Shown: positions 30,103-39,830 of the stretch, piece by piece
How the letters are laid out: each line of letters begins with the position of its first letter
Numbering within the stretch: the stretch's first letter is position 1
DNA from: a plasmid
Sequence record: NZ_CP040051.1
Direction: 5' to 3' (one strand)
Length of the DNA: 64,000 nt
Notes under the pieces: generated by a model
What the model was told of the DNA's origin: nothing
Database searches by the model: none
What the model saw: only the letters and a program-made list of their open reading frames with translations
Translations under genes and position numbers: made by a program

Positions 30103-30513
30103 ATGAATTTTCACGGTAATTCACTAAGTCAGATTCAAGATAAGATCCAGATCTTAATTTTTGAAAGTGATAAAGAAGAGTCATTTTTAGGTGAAACGAT
30201 TCATTTTTATCAGTTCTGGATTGAACTCTTGTTTTTTCTAAATCAAAAGAAAGAGGTTGAGATTGATATGAGCAAAATACAATCATCAGAAGACCTTCAG
30301 GATTTGGCAGAATTGGCCTACGGTCACTTATATACAAGCTTCATGGAAAAGTATGGCAATGATTACTACCAGACAGTAAAGCCGCTGCGTGAATATCTTG
30401 ATTCGCTGCCAGCTTTTAATCCGGAGGATCCTAATTCTTATGAATCTACTGCCACTAAAGAACAACATGCAAAGATCATTTGTAAATTTTCAAATACCGG
30501 TTTAAAGCAATAG
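30103..30513 (+). CDS. Small acidic protein, possibly a coupling-protein adaptor (IcmS/IcmW-like by position).
   Basis: 136 aa, acidic, immediately upstream of the coupling-protein-like gene. Confidence 0.35.
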   Translation: MNFHGNSLSQIQDKIQILIFESDKEESFLGETIHFYQFWIELLFFLNQKKEVEIDMSKIQSSEDLQDLAELAYGHLYTSFMEKYGNDYYQTVKPLREYLDSLPAFNPEDPNSYESTATKEQHAKIICKFSNTGLKQ

Positions 30514-30519
30514 GGATAA

Positions 30520-33258
30520 ATGATGGCTACACCACGTTTTAAAGGTGCATCGGATAGATTTAAACCGAAGGACCAGCGTGTTGATACACGGGATATCATC
30601 ACTAAAATACACGTAGCTCTTCAAACGTCAGAAGGGTCGATGTATTTTGCCATAACGATCACAATTGTAGTTTTTGTAAGTTTCTTTTTTCCTTTATTAC
30701 TCATAATTGCAACGCCAATTGCAATATTGATCACACGTAAATATTTAATACCCCAGCTTCGCTATATCAATATGCCTTATCGGGTGCCGAAGCATGCAAA
30801 TATGCCAGATGGATCATTCGATGGTGTAGCGCGGAAAGTAAATTTAAGGAAAAACCCTGAAAAAGCTTATGGGCAGGGGGTTTATTATTACGGTATTGAC
30901 CGTCAAAATCATCAGCAAATCTGGAAAAGTGATAGTGATGAACGTGTACATGACTTGCTAATTGGTACGACTGGTGCTGGTAAAACTGAAACCATTAAGA
31001 TGGTCTTGACGAATCCATTACTTCAGAATTCTGGTTTTATCTTATCGGATGCGAAAGGTACGACTGAACTTGTAGCCGAACTTATGTATTTACTGACGCG
31101 ATTCATGCGTCAAGACGATTATCTAGTCACAAACTTCATTACTGCTGGCCGTGATTTGCTGGTACGCCAAGAAGATAAAATGACAAACACATTTAATCTT
31201 ATGTCGTACACTTCTGCTGCAATGTTGAGTGAACAACTCGTCTACCTTCTCGCGGACTCTGAGGGTTCTGGCGGTGACATGTGGAAGGATCGTACCATTA
31301 CCTATTTAACGGCCACAACACACTTATTAACTTTTTTAAGGGATAGAGGATTATTATTACTTGAGCCAAAAACATATGTTGAATACCAAGAGCTCAATCA
31401 ATTAATACGAGCAGCTTACGGGGAAGATTTTGATGATAATTATAAAAATTTTGGTGAGATTTATATTACGGCCGTTTCACCTCTGCGTGCCTACCTTAAA
31501 TCATTAGCAGGGTTTGATGAAGGTAAACTTTACAAACAACCGGAAAAATGTGTTGAGCAGCATGGTTATGTAATCATGCAATTTACTCGTGCTATTTCAG
31601 ATCTTAGTTTTAACTTCGGTCATATCTATGGAACCAAATCTGGCGAAATTGATATGTTCGACGTAGTTCTAAACCGTCGTTGCTTGATCAATGTTTTACC
31701 GGCATTGCAGAATGCGCCCCCAACAATCCGGATGCTTGGTAAACTTTTTGTAGGCTCTATTAAGCAGATGATGGCAGGAGCGCTGGGGAACCGTATCGAT
31801 GGCATGGTACGTAATGTCATTGAAGCGAAAATTACGGCTTCAGCGACATGTTTTAAGATTGTTCTAGATGAGCTGGCATATCAAATCGTAAAAGGCCTGT
31901 CTGTGATCCCAGCTCAAGCACGTGGTTTGACATTCAGCTTAACGTTTTCAGCGCAAGAGCTTAAAGATATCTTCGTTGCCGATGAAGCTGAAGGTGAAGC
32001 GATTGTAGCTAACACCGGTACTAAAACTTTTGGACGTATCAACTCCGGTACGGAAGGTTTATCGATGCAGCGTTTACGTAGTCTGGTGGACCAAGTGACA
32101 CAGTCAGTAGTAAACGGCTACAACATTGCTTCTTCAGCAATGGGAATAAATTATCAATCTTCTACAAACGTTAATATCGAAAAGCAGGACCGGATTAGTT
32201 ATCAGGATATTGCATCTCAACAAGAAGGTCAGTTCACGATCGTAGTTGCTAAAAAGATCGATGGTGGTAAAGAGGGTGGTGTATTCGCTATTCATGCTCA
32301 AACTATGTTTGTACAACCACCGAAACTAGCAAAGATCCGGTTAAATGATTTTGTTTCGATTGAAAAAGAGCTGACCTATTTTGATAGTAAGAAATATGAT
32401 AATGAGCTTAAAAACTTTGCTTATCAGTTAGCAGAGAACAAGATCCTCCAAAGTTGTCCAAATTATAAAAAACATGCCATTGGCGTTCTAAATCAGGTCG
32501 ATACTCACCTTGAAAGTATCAGTAAAATGGCGAAATTATACGAGACTGATGTTAAGTCCGGTTTCTTCGCAATTATGCGTACAATGCAAAATATGCTGGA
32601 TTCAGTTCAAATATCAGGCTTTAGTGCTCCTTTTTATGAAGTTGTTGATTCAACTTTTGCAAATGAGATCGATGGAGCTCTAGATTCAATATTTACTGAA
32701 ATTAAACTTGATACTGAAGAAGTCGATGTTGTTTTAAATAAAACAATTGATCACATTCAGGATGAACGTTCTCAGGATCTATTAACAAAAACTAGCGAAA
32801 CAATTATCGATGAGATCGTCGATCAATACCTAAATTTAGATTCAAGCGAAATAGAGACAATAGAAGCTGTTAATGCATATATCGAAGCACTTCCAAACGT
32901 TTACGATGACCAACTTTATAGTGAAGAGTTTGCAACAACGGTTAGAGAGCATTTAAAGCAGCATGATATCTATATTCAATCGTTAGATATTCCATCATTC
33001 GAAGACTTATTAGAACTTGATCAATGTGCGGCCGAAGCTCAAAAGAGTATCTTCAGTGATGATTTTGAAGAAGATGATTTATTTTCAGATGCTCAAGAGC
33101 GATACAACTATGTAACCGACTTCATTAAATGCAAAAACTTAGTTTTTGAAGAAAAGGAAAAGGAAATCGAATCTGAAGATCAGGAGATCTTGAGCAAGCT
33201 GGAAAAGTATCACGAAATTGTATATCGCATGATCAGTGCGAAGCTCAAAGATAAGTAA
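30520..33258 (+). CDS. Type IV coupling protein, DotL/IcmO-like (TrbC-like).
   Basis: N-terminal TM helices followed by Walker A LIGTTGAGKTET. Long acidic C-terminal tail. Confidence 0.55.
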   Translation: MMATPRFKGASDRFKPKDQRVDTRDIITKIHVALQTSEGSMYFAITITIVVFVSFFFPLLLIIATPIAILITRKYLIPQLRYINMPYRVPKHANMPDGSFDGVARKVNLRKNPEKAYGQGVYYYGIDRQNHQQIWKSDSDERVHDLLIGTTGAGKTETIKMVLTNPLLQNSGFILSDAKGTTELVAELMYLLTRFMRQDDYLVTNFITAGRDLLVRQEDKMTNTFNLMSYTSAAMLSEQLVYLLADSEGSGGDMWKDRTITYLTATTHLLTFLRDRGLLLLEPKTYVEYQELNQLIRAAYGEDFDDNYKNFGEIYITAVSPLRAYLKSLAGFDEGKLYKQPEKCVEQHGYVIMQFTRAISDLSFNFGHIYGTKSGEIDMFDVVLNRRCLINVLPALQNAPPTIRMLGKLFVGSIKQMMAGALGNRIDGMVRNVIEAKITASATCFKIVLDELAYQIVKGLSVIPAQARGLTFSLTFSAQELKDIFVADEAEGEAIVANTGTKTFGRINSGTEGLSMQRLRSLVDQVTQSVVNGYNIASSAMGINYQSSTNVNIEKQDRISYQDIASQQEGQFTIVVAKKIDGGKEGGVFAIHAQTMFVQPPKLAKIRLNDFVSIEKELTYFDSKKYDNELKNFAYQLAENKILQSCPNYKKHAIGVLNQVDTHLESISKMAKLYETDVKSGFFAIMRTMQNMLDSVQISGFSAPFYEVVDSTFANEIDGALDSIFTEIKLDTEEVDVVLNKTIDHIQDERSQDLLTKTSETIIDEIVDQYLNLDSSEIETIEAVNAYIEALPNVYDDQLYSEEFATTVREHLKQHDIYIQSLDIPSFEDLLELDQCAAEAQKSIFSDDFEEDDLFSDAQERYNYVTDFIKCKNLVFEEKEKEIESEDQEILSKLEKYHEIVYRMISAKLKDK

Positions 33259-33667
33259 ACTGGAGAACAACATGTTAAATGAGGTTACTATGAGTGCGTA
33301 CCAAATTAAGCATAATTATGATATTGGTGATCGAGGGATTTTTATTAAATTTCTTGATCAACCTAAAAGTGATGAAGTTAAAAACTTAGCTATTTATTTG
33401 CAATTTAAAGCAGAACTAATACTTGATGAAAGTATCACACTGGACAATATGACAATTGCTCAATTTCTTTGGCTTCAAGGTGCAAAAATATTAGATAATA
33501 AGCCAGATACATATTGTGTAATTGATATGTATTTTGACCGATATGAAAGATGTGGTGAATGGTATCGGCATAGTTTTAGCGCGTATGATGAAAAATATGG
33601 TGAACAAGCATCAAAATTTTTAATTAATAAAGCAAGAGGTAAAATTCTTGAAGGCAATGTAATTTAG
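33236..33667 (+). CDS. Hypothetical protein (143 aa).
   Basis: ORF overlapping the end of the coupling-protein gene. Confidence 0.4.
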   Translation: MRSSKISKLENNMLNEVTMSAYQIKHNYDIGDRGIFIKFLDQPKSDEVKNLAIYLQFKAELILDESITLDNMTIAQFLWLQGAKILDNKPDTYCVIDMYFDRYERCGEWYRHSFSAYDEKYGEQASKFLINKARGKILEGNVI

Positions 33668-33811
33668 TATGAGTTTGATACTACTTGATATGTATCTTTT
33701 TAGATGGAACTCTTTTGTATGCCTATACCAGTGTATGAAGAAGTGTGAGTTCTAATTAACTATGCGACATTCCAAACAACCATGCGATAAGGCTTGCTCA
33801 AGGGAATTTAG

Positions 33812-34120
33812 ATGAAAAAAACAAATGTCCATATCTTCATTTGGAAATTTGTAATTGGATTATTCTTTTTTAGTTTTCTTATGACTTATGTTCACTCAAA
33901 TGCTGAAATTACAAATTTATCAATGTTGTTTTATGGGTTTAAGGTAGGTCTGTGGTTTGCAACTATTGCTACCACTTTGATTTGTGTATTGCTCGGTTTA
34001 GCAAAGCTCTTAAACAATAAACCTGAGAAAAATGAGCTTATTTACTCATGGTTTTATACATCGACAAAATATACGCTAGTGTTTGTTTGCACATTAGCTG
34101 TTGCTATTTTTGTCGCATAG
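33812..34120 (+). CDS. Small membrane protein (102 aa).
   Basis: Three TM helices. Confidence 0.4.
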   Translation: MKKTNVHIFIWKFVIGLFFFSFLMTYVHSNAEITNLSMLFYGFKVGLWFATIATTLICVLLGLAKLLNNKPEKNELIYSWFYTSTKYTLVFVCTLAVAIFVA

Positions 34121-34247
34121 TTAAGTGTAATTTTTTTGGTCTTATCGCAACATTGATTAGTAAATTTGTCGCACAGTTCTTTAGAATATTGAATGTATTT
34201 TATTGATATTTTATAAAACTGTCGCTTAGTAAATTGGAACTGACAAG

Positions 34248-34280
34248 AAGGCTCTAAAATCAATTTAGAGCCTTTTTTAT
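34248..34280 (+). terminator. Rho-independent terminator in the convergent intergenic region.
   Basis: AAGGCTCTAAA-atcaa-TTTAGAGCCTT stem followed by T6. Confidence 0.55.
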
Positions 34281-34374
34281 AAATTATGCTTTTAGGTACG
34301 TAGTTTTCAAAAAAGAAGCTTAGATGTGAAATGAACGCAAAATAGAGCGTGAAAAATAAATTAGAGTAAGTGGG

Positions 34375-34605
34375 TTAAGGTTTTTTAGTTCTTATTACGT
34401 CAAGCACACAATAACTGAGAATAACCATTCCGCTGAAAAGACCACCAGCAAATGTAGATATAACAATAATAGACGCATTTACACTTCTGACTAAGGGAGA
34501 GAATATAGCCAAATTTATAAGTATGGCTATTGAAAAAAGTAGAATTAAAGATATACGAAATACCTTTCTAATGTATTTATCAAGGTTATCATTATCATTG
34601 TTCAT
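34375..34605 (-). CDS. Tiny two-TM membrane protein (76 aa).
   Basis: One of three tandem, translationally coupled ~75-aa membrane ORFs. Confidence 0.35.
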   Translation of the reverse strand: MNNDNDNLDKYIRKVFRISLILLFSIAILINLAIFSPLVRSVNASIIVISTFAGGLFSGMVILSYCVLDVIRTKKP

Positions 34606-34838
34606 AAATTTACCCTTTTTTTAATTACAAATATATAAATACTAAAGATGATATATAAACAAAATGAAAATGGAAGAACTAAGACAAATATAACCAAAAT
34701 TTTAGGAAGTAGATTGAAACTAGGATTCTCTAGAATTACATGCATTTTATAGACAATAAATGTAATACCCATAAGGGGTAAGATTGATACAAATGATGCA
34801 AAATATAGAGGGAGATTTTTTATATTCATATTGTTCAA
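34602..34838 (-). CDS. Tiny two-TM membrane protein (78 aa).
   Basis: As for the previous gene. Confidence 0.35.
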   Translation of the reverse strand: MNNMNIKNLPLYFASFVSILPLMGITFIVYKMHVILENPSFNLLPKILVIFVLVLPFSFCLYIIFSIYIFVIKKRVNL

Positions 34839-34842
34839 CTCC

Positions 34843-35067
34843 TTAATCCTTTTTATTCCATAAAACCTTAAAAAACTTCAGAGATATTCTTACTGCTAGT
34901 AAAAAAAGGATTGAGAGAAATACTAATACGACGTATTTAATTACAAAATGACGTGAGTCATCCATTGCAACAAGATAAAATTTATATCCCATGTAGGGAA
35001 AACTCGAAATTAATGAAAGTAAAACAACGCTTGCGGCAATCTTATTTGTTATTTCTTCAAAAGTCAT
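34843..35067 (-). CDS. Tiny two-TM membrane protein (74 aa).
   Basis: As for the previous gene. Confidence 0.35.
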   Translation of the reverse strand: MTFEEITNKIAASVVLLSLISSFPYMGYKFYLVAMDDSRHFVIKYVVLVFLSILFLLAVRISLKFFKVLWNKKD

Positions 35068-35100
35068 ATAAATACCTTTAATAAGTATCTAAGTATGGAA

Positions 35101-35502
35101 TTAATAATCCCATCTACTATTTACAACTCTAAAGTATATGCTTTTCTTGAAACCCATCTTTCTTTCTACGGCTGATATCCATAGTTGTACTGAAGATTTA
35201 TCGATACCAGAATAAAGTAAAGGTTTAAAGTTTGGTACTTTAAAGTACTTTCTTGATTTTGCTTTAGGTACACAGTCTAATATTTCATCTGCAATTTTTT
35301 CATCATCACACTCAAGAATAAAATCAAAACCTTTAATTTTTTCTTTTGTTTTAATGAGTGTTCCTATTGAATTTACAGCAATATAAAACCTGTATATTTG
35401 AGAAATATCGACAGTATATTTCCCCTTGTAATTTGCATAACTTTCTTCTTTTTTTACTTCGTATTCCGGAAGATCTAAACTCAGTTGATTACTTCTATTC
35501 AT
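35101..35502 (-). CDS. Hypothetical protein (133 aa).
   Basis: Clean ORF. Confidence 0.4.
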   Translation of the reverse strand: MNRSNQLSLDLPEYEVKKEESYANYKGKYTVDISQIYRFYIAVNSIGTLIKTKEKIKGFDFILECDDEKIADEILDCVPKAKSRKYFKVPNFKPLLYSGIDKSSVQLWISAVERKMGFKKSIYFRVVNSRWDY

Positions 35503-35537
35503 GGTCTAGTGCCTCTAAAATAACAAAACAAAATTTG

Positions 35538-35831
35538 TTAGATCTTTGGTGTGGTTGGTTGATAAGCTTTAACACCATAAACCTTAAAACTTCCGTCAAA
35601 AATTTCATGAAACTCTAGATCTGAAGTTTTACCAGATAAATAACGATAAGCTTTATTACTTACAATTGGTTGAGCCTGATATTCATGTGATCGACGATTC
35701 ATTTCATCAATCCAGTTAGTTCGGTGTATAGGGCATTTAAAAGCAAATATAGATGCTTCACCTTTTACTGTGGAATTAAGATCTTTGCTTGTTAAAAGAG
35801 CGTAGAAATATCGTGTTGGCTTTTTAGTCAT
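35538..35831 (-). CDS. Hypothetical protein (97 aa).
   Basis: Overlaps the upstream gene (ATGA). Confidence 0.4.
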   Translation of the reverse strand: MTKKPTRYFYALLTSKDLNSTVKGEASIFAFKCPIHRTNWIDEMNRRSHEYQAQPIVSNKAYRYLSGKTSDLEFHEIFDGSFKVYGVKAYQPTTPKI

Positions 35832-36457
35832 TTAATTATTTCCTTTTTAAATTCGTCTATTTCTGCTTGTTCTTTAGAACGGTTGTTTTCTTTCTCAGAT
35901 ATACTTAGAAGTCGTTTGCAGTTAAGTACCCGATAGTCGTAAATTGTAAAAACTCCGTTTCTAAACTTCATAATTTCTTTAAGCTTTATATTGAATTCTG
36001 GACTAATTTCAGCCAGTGATTTTATAATTTTATATTCATCTAAAGTAACCTCTGTTGAAAGCAGATATTTTAATGACTCTTCATCCAGCAAATCATGATG
36101 TCCGTAAACATTAAAATAGTTCGGAAAATTCTTCTTAATTAATAGATCCGATTCTTTATCTGCTTTTGATGCGCTATACATCCATAAAGCAGTAACAATA
36201 AGGCAATAGAGAAGAAGAAAATAAATTAATGATGTAGAGAAGAATACTAATTCTGCTTTAGAAAAACAAAAAGCTGCTAAACCAACTAATACGCAAAAAA
36301 TAAAAGGGGGCCAGCCGATAAGGTTTAGTAAGGAAACCACCTTAAAACATTTGTTATAGAAGCTATATTTTAATTTTTCGATAGCAATGAATTCTTTAAC
36401 CTGTTCAAAAGATTTGATTTCATAACTGTTAACTATGTCAGCAACGATATTATTCAT
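35828..36457 (-). CDS. Membrane protein (209 aa) with a cytoplasmic C-terminal domain.
   Basis: Two to three TM helices, then a charged domain. Confidence 0.45.
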   Translation of the reverse strand: MNNIVADIVNSYEIKSFEQVKEFIAIEKLKYSFYNKCFKVVSLLNLIGWPPFIFCVLVGLAAFCFSKAELVFFSTSLIYFLLLYCLIVTALWMYSASKADKESDLLIKKNFPNYFNVYGHHDLLDEESLKYLLSTEVTLDEYKIIKSLAEISPEFNIKLKEIMKFRNGVFTIYDYRVLNCKRLLSISEKENNRSKEQAEIDEFKKEIIK

Positions 36458-36544
36458 GTGTTATTCCTTTTTAAAAAAATAAGTAAACTTTTGAAGTCTA
36501 CTTAGATCTTCTCCAATTGCTAGGATATATAGGATTGTTGTCTT

Positions 36545-37364
36545 GGCACTGTTGCAAATAGAGATTTGAGTCGATGAAGTTCCTTTTTAAAAGTGCTTAG
36601 AGACCGAAAACCCTGTTGATTAGACACACTTCACCTTGAGGCTGACCATAATAAAATGACGATGCTTGTCCTTTACGTAGTGCACGCATGACTTCAATAC
36701 CTTTAATTATGGCATAAGCCGTCTTCATAGATTTGAATCCTAATGTGGCCCTGATGATCCGCTTTAACTTACCATGATCACATTCAATGACATTATTTTT
36801 ATACTTAATCTGCCTGTGCTCAATATCTACTGGACATTTTCCTTCTCGCTTTAACCGTGATAAAGCATGGCCATAGGTCGCTGCTTTATCTGTATTGATG
36901 ACCCGTGGAATTTGCCATTTTTTCACCGTATTGAAGATCTTTCCTAAAAAACAATAGGCTGATTTACTGTTCCGTCTAGCGGAAAGGTAAAAGTCAATCG
37001 TATGACCACGTTGATCAACTGCACGATACAGGTAAGTCCATCGCCCCTTCACTTTGATATAAGTCTCATCCATATGCCATGAATGTAAATCTGTAGGATT
37101 ACGCCAATACCAGCGTAAGCGTTTTTCCATTTCTGGAGCATAACGCTGAACCCAACGATAAATTGTGGTGTGGTCAACATTCACACCTCGTTCAGCGAGC
37201 ATTTCTTGAAGTTCACGATAGCTGATGCCATATTTACAATACCAACGAACAGCCCAAAGAATGATTTCACCTTGAAAGTGCCGACCATGGAAGGGATTCA
37301 TCTGCTGTATCTCGAAATAAATAAGATATTTAGCTTATCATGTCAGCCTATTTGCAACAGTGCC
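36545..37364. mobile_element. IS6-family insertion sequence (820 bp, IS26-like 14-bp terminal inverted repeats GGCACTGTTGCAAA).
   Basis: Terminal inverted repeats read at 36545–36558 and 37351–37364 flank the transposase gene. Confidence 0.85.
36597..37301 (-). CDS. tnpA: IS6-family (IS26/IS1006-like) DDE transposase.
   Basis: 234 aa with strong similarity to IS26 Tnp (MNPF.GRHFQ..IILWAVRWYCKYGISYRELQEMLAERGVNVDH.TIYRWVQRYAPEMEKRLRWYWR…). Confidence 0.9.
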   Translation of the reverse strand: MNPFHGRHFQGEIILWAVRWYCKYGISYRELQEMLAERGVNVDHTTIYRWVQRYAPEMEKRLRWYWRNPTDLHSWHMDETYIKVKGRWTYLYRAVDQRGHTIDFYLSARRNSKSAYCFLGKIFNTVKKWQIPRVINTDKAATYGHALSRLKREGKCPVDIEHRQIKYKNNVIECDHGKLKRIIRATLGFKSMKTAYAIIKGIEVMRALRKGQASSFYYGQPQGEVCLINRVFGL

Positions 37365-37677
37365 AGCCCGTAATGCATTAGCGCGCGCCGTTTTCTTTTA
37401 TCGATTGGGTGAGATTCGAGATCGAAGCTTTGAGCAACAGCGTTATCGAGCCAGTGGCTTGAATCTAGTGACCGCCGCCATTGTATTGTGGAACACGGTT
37501 TATTTAGAGAGAGCGACTAACGCCCTACGAGGGCATGGTCGCACAGTCGATGATACCTTGCTGCAATATCTGTCACCGCTGGGGTGGGAGCACATCAATT
37601 TAACTGGGGATTATCTATGGCGAAGCAAAGCCAAGATAGGTGGTGGAAAATTTAGGCCATTGCGCGCAATTGAAAAA
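37365..37677 (+). pseudogene. 3' fragment of a Tn3-family tnpA, truncated by the IS6 element.
   Basis: The translation is identical to the last ~100 aa of the intact tnpA at 47703–50669 and ends at a 38-bp inverted repeat. Confidence 0.85.
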
Positions 37678-37716
37678 CCTTAGCGTGCTATATTTTCCGT
37701 TTCCTGAGACGACCCC
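37678..37716. repeat. 38-bp Tn3-family terminal inverted repeat (CCTTAGCGTGCTATATTTTCCGTTTCCTGAGACGACCCC).
   Basis: Same sequence at 38386–38424 and 51368–51406. Reverse complement at 47672–47710. Confidence 0.85.
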
Positions 37717-38020
37717 TATCATTACGACGAACTTGAGCTTCTCGGAATGGAGCAATGTATTTGGTGATGCTAAGTTGACGACTGCACTGCTGGATCGACT
37801 GACTCATCATTGCCATATCATCGAAACGGGTAATGAATCCTATCGTTTTAAGCAAAGCACGGAGGAAGCCAAGCAGCGTATAAAGAAACGAGAAGCAGAG
37901 AAAGGAGAGTTATTTTAACCGTCGATCAGTGAAGAAAAAGCAACAGCAATTGATCGATTTATCCACAGCAGTGTAGTACGCTACATTGCTTAAATGCCTG
38001 GTCAATATTCAACGAGCATC
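37717..38020 (+). pseudogene. Right-end remnant of an IS21-family element: istB 3' fragment plus terminal direct repeats.
   Basis: IstB C-terminal-like translation ([43 protein letters not shown]). Tandem GCTGGTCAATATT repeats at 37990–38035, typical of IS21 ends. Confidence 0.55.
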
Positions 38021-38389
38021 GCTGGTCAATATTAAGTGAGCGTCAACAATCTTGGGCATTTCGGGGTATCTCTGGTGGCACAAACAGGTTTGCAGTTTGA
38101 CCTTTCCACATCTCAGGGAAAGCTCATGGCTTCTGTGATGTCTGCATTAGCAGAGTTTGAGGGAGATTTACTACGTGAACGTGTGCGCTCTGGTGTAGCA
38201 GCGGCACAAGCGCGGGGCGTTGTGTTTGGTCGTCGTCCTGGTCAACGTACCAAGTCAGATCGTCTGGCACCTAAAGTGTTGGAGTTGGTGTCTGCTGGAC
38301 ACTCTTATCGACAAGTCGGTCGGCTGGTCAATCTAAGCAAAAATACCGTGTTGGATATCGTTAAAAGAAGTCGGAGTGAAAATCCTTAG
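38021..38389 (+). pseudogene. 3' fragment of a Tn3-family resolvase gene.
   Basis: Identical to the C-terminal 112 aa of tnpR at 50764–51372. Ends in the 38-bp inverted repeat at 38386–38424. Confidence 0.8.
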
Positions 38390-38424
38390 CGTGCTATATT
38401 TTCCGTTTCCTGAGACGACCCCTA
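38386..38424. repeat. 38-bp Tn3-family terminal inverted repeat (IRR-type copy).
   Basis: Read directly. Confidence 0.85.
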
Positions 38425-38629
38425 ACTGAAGACATTGACGGTGGATGGGCTGCAATGGGAATTAAAACCTCTACAGAGTTCACAGCGGGTTGCAAGCGTT
38501 GGGTTGAGTTGAGGTTATCGGATTGGAAGTGGAGGGCTGCCATATGATTGCCATCTCTGACATAGCGTTTTAAGGTATTTTTCTAGGGCGTATTGATGTT
38601 TCAACGTATTAACAATCATACGAACAACC

Positions 38630-39691
38630 TCATTCTCTCAGGTCATTTTCTTCTTGCCGATGGGTGATTTTTCGCCGATAAGCACTTGGTGATACACCAA
38701 ACCAGCGTTTAAACGCGCGCCGAAAATTAGCAGAGTCGTGGTAATTCAGTAAGCTGGCAATTGCCTCGACCGATATTTGAGGGTCATGTAAATAACTACT
38801 GGCTTTCTCAGATAAAATCCGATCTCGAATCAGCCGGTAACTCGTGTTCTCTTTGACCAGACGTCTGGCCAGCGTACGCTTATTCATAAACAAGGCTGCA
38901 GCCAGATCCTCTTCACTCAGTTGCCCGAGCGGATAGGACAGCATGGCTTTTTGCACTTGGTAGGTGGTGCTGTGTTGTTGGGTCTTGAGCCGGTTGAGGA
39001 TCATTTCGCATTGTTGCATCGCCAGCAGATAGCTATCGTGCTGCGCGGATGCATTGGCAATCAAGCACAACTCGGTCGGCACTCGGATCGACAGTTGTGG
39101 CTGATCAAACTGATAGGTACCGGCAAGATAATCCGCGTAACAGGCATGATGATCGGGGGCGGGATGGCTAAACTGAATCACCGCCTCGGTCAGCGGTCGT
39201 CCAACAATAAATTCGGCACATTCCGAAAAAATCACCGCAACAGTTTCGGACAGTAGCCGATGTACTGCATGACTCAAGGTCTGCTCAAAGAAAATCAAGC
39301 AGGTCGTCCACTCAGCATTGGTGTGTGTTTCGAGCCTAATCAAACTCATACGGGTCGGCAAAAAAGTTTGAAACGCATGTAACACGGCTAGCAAGTTCGG
39401 GCTACTATTAATTAAAAAGCCCATCGCACCATGCGTTGAGGGAGTTAGGCGCTGACCCAAGCGCAAACCGAACTGTTCAGATGTTGATAGATCTATGCTG
39501 TTTTGCAGGATCTGAGCTTGTTGGCTGGCCGTGATCATGGTGTCATCACGCATCAGTTGCTCAGTGGTCAGCGCAGTGAATTTTAATAATTTCGGCAGAT
39601 CGCGCGCTTGTAAGTCCAGTTCTCGACCGATCAAACGGGTATAGCTACACGGAATGATCGCGGGTTCTTTGCCTGAGTGAGTCTGATACAT
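38630..39691 (-). CDS. AraC/XylS-family transcriptional regulator, divergent from the P450 operon.
   Basis: C-terminal AraC HTH signature (…ASLLNYHDSANFRRAFKRWFGVSPSAYRRK). Confidence 0.8.
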   Translation of the reverse strand: MYQTHSGKEPAIIPCSYTRLIGRELDLQARDLPKLLKFTALTTEQLMRDDTMITASQQAQILQNSIDLSTSEQFGLRLGQRLTPSTHGAMGFLINSSPNLLAVLHAFQTFLPTRMSLIRLETHTNAEWTTCLIFFEQTLSHAVHRLLSETVAVIFSECAEFIVGRPLTEAVIQFSHPAPDHHACYADYLAGTYQFDQPQLSIRVPTELCLIANASAQHDSYLLAMQQCEMILNRLKTQQHSTTYQVQKAMLSYPLGQLSEEDLAAALFMNKRTLARRLVKENTSYRLIRDRILSEKASSYLHDPQISVEAIASLLNYHDSANFRRAFKRWFGVSPSAYRRKITHRQEENDLRE

Positions 39692-39830
39692 GGAATATGC
39701 TTTATTGGCTGACGAGGTAATATTGTCTTTTTATGACCTCTATTTGTCAAATAATAACCTCTACAGAACCGCAGAGAGTGCGTAATCTTGAGCTTGAACA
39801 GTGAAATTAAGCCAAATCGGAGTCGTAGCC

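Noticed and set aside
37640-37918. 92-aa ORF spanning the 38-bp inverted repeat
   Set aside because: Its 5' part reads through the Tn3 inverted repeat. Only the portion after 37717 is real coding sequence, the istB 3' fragment.
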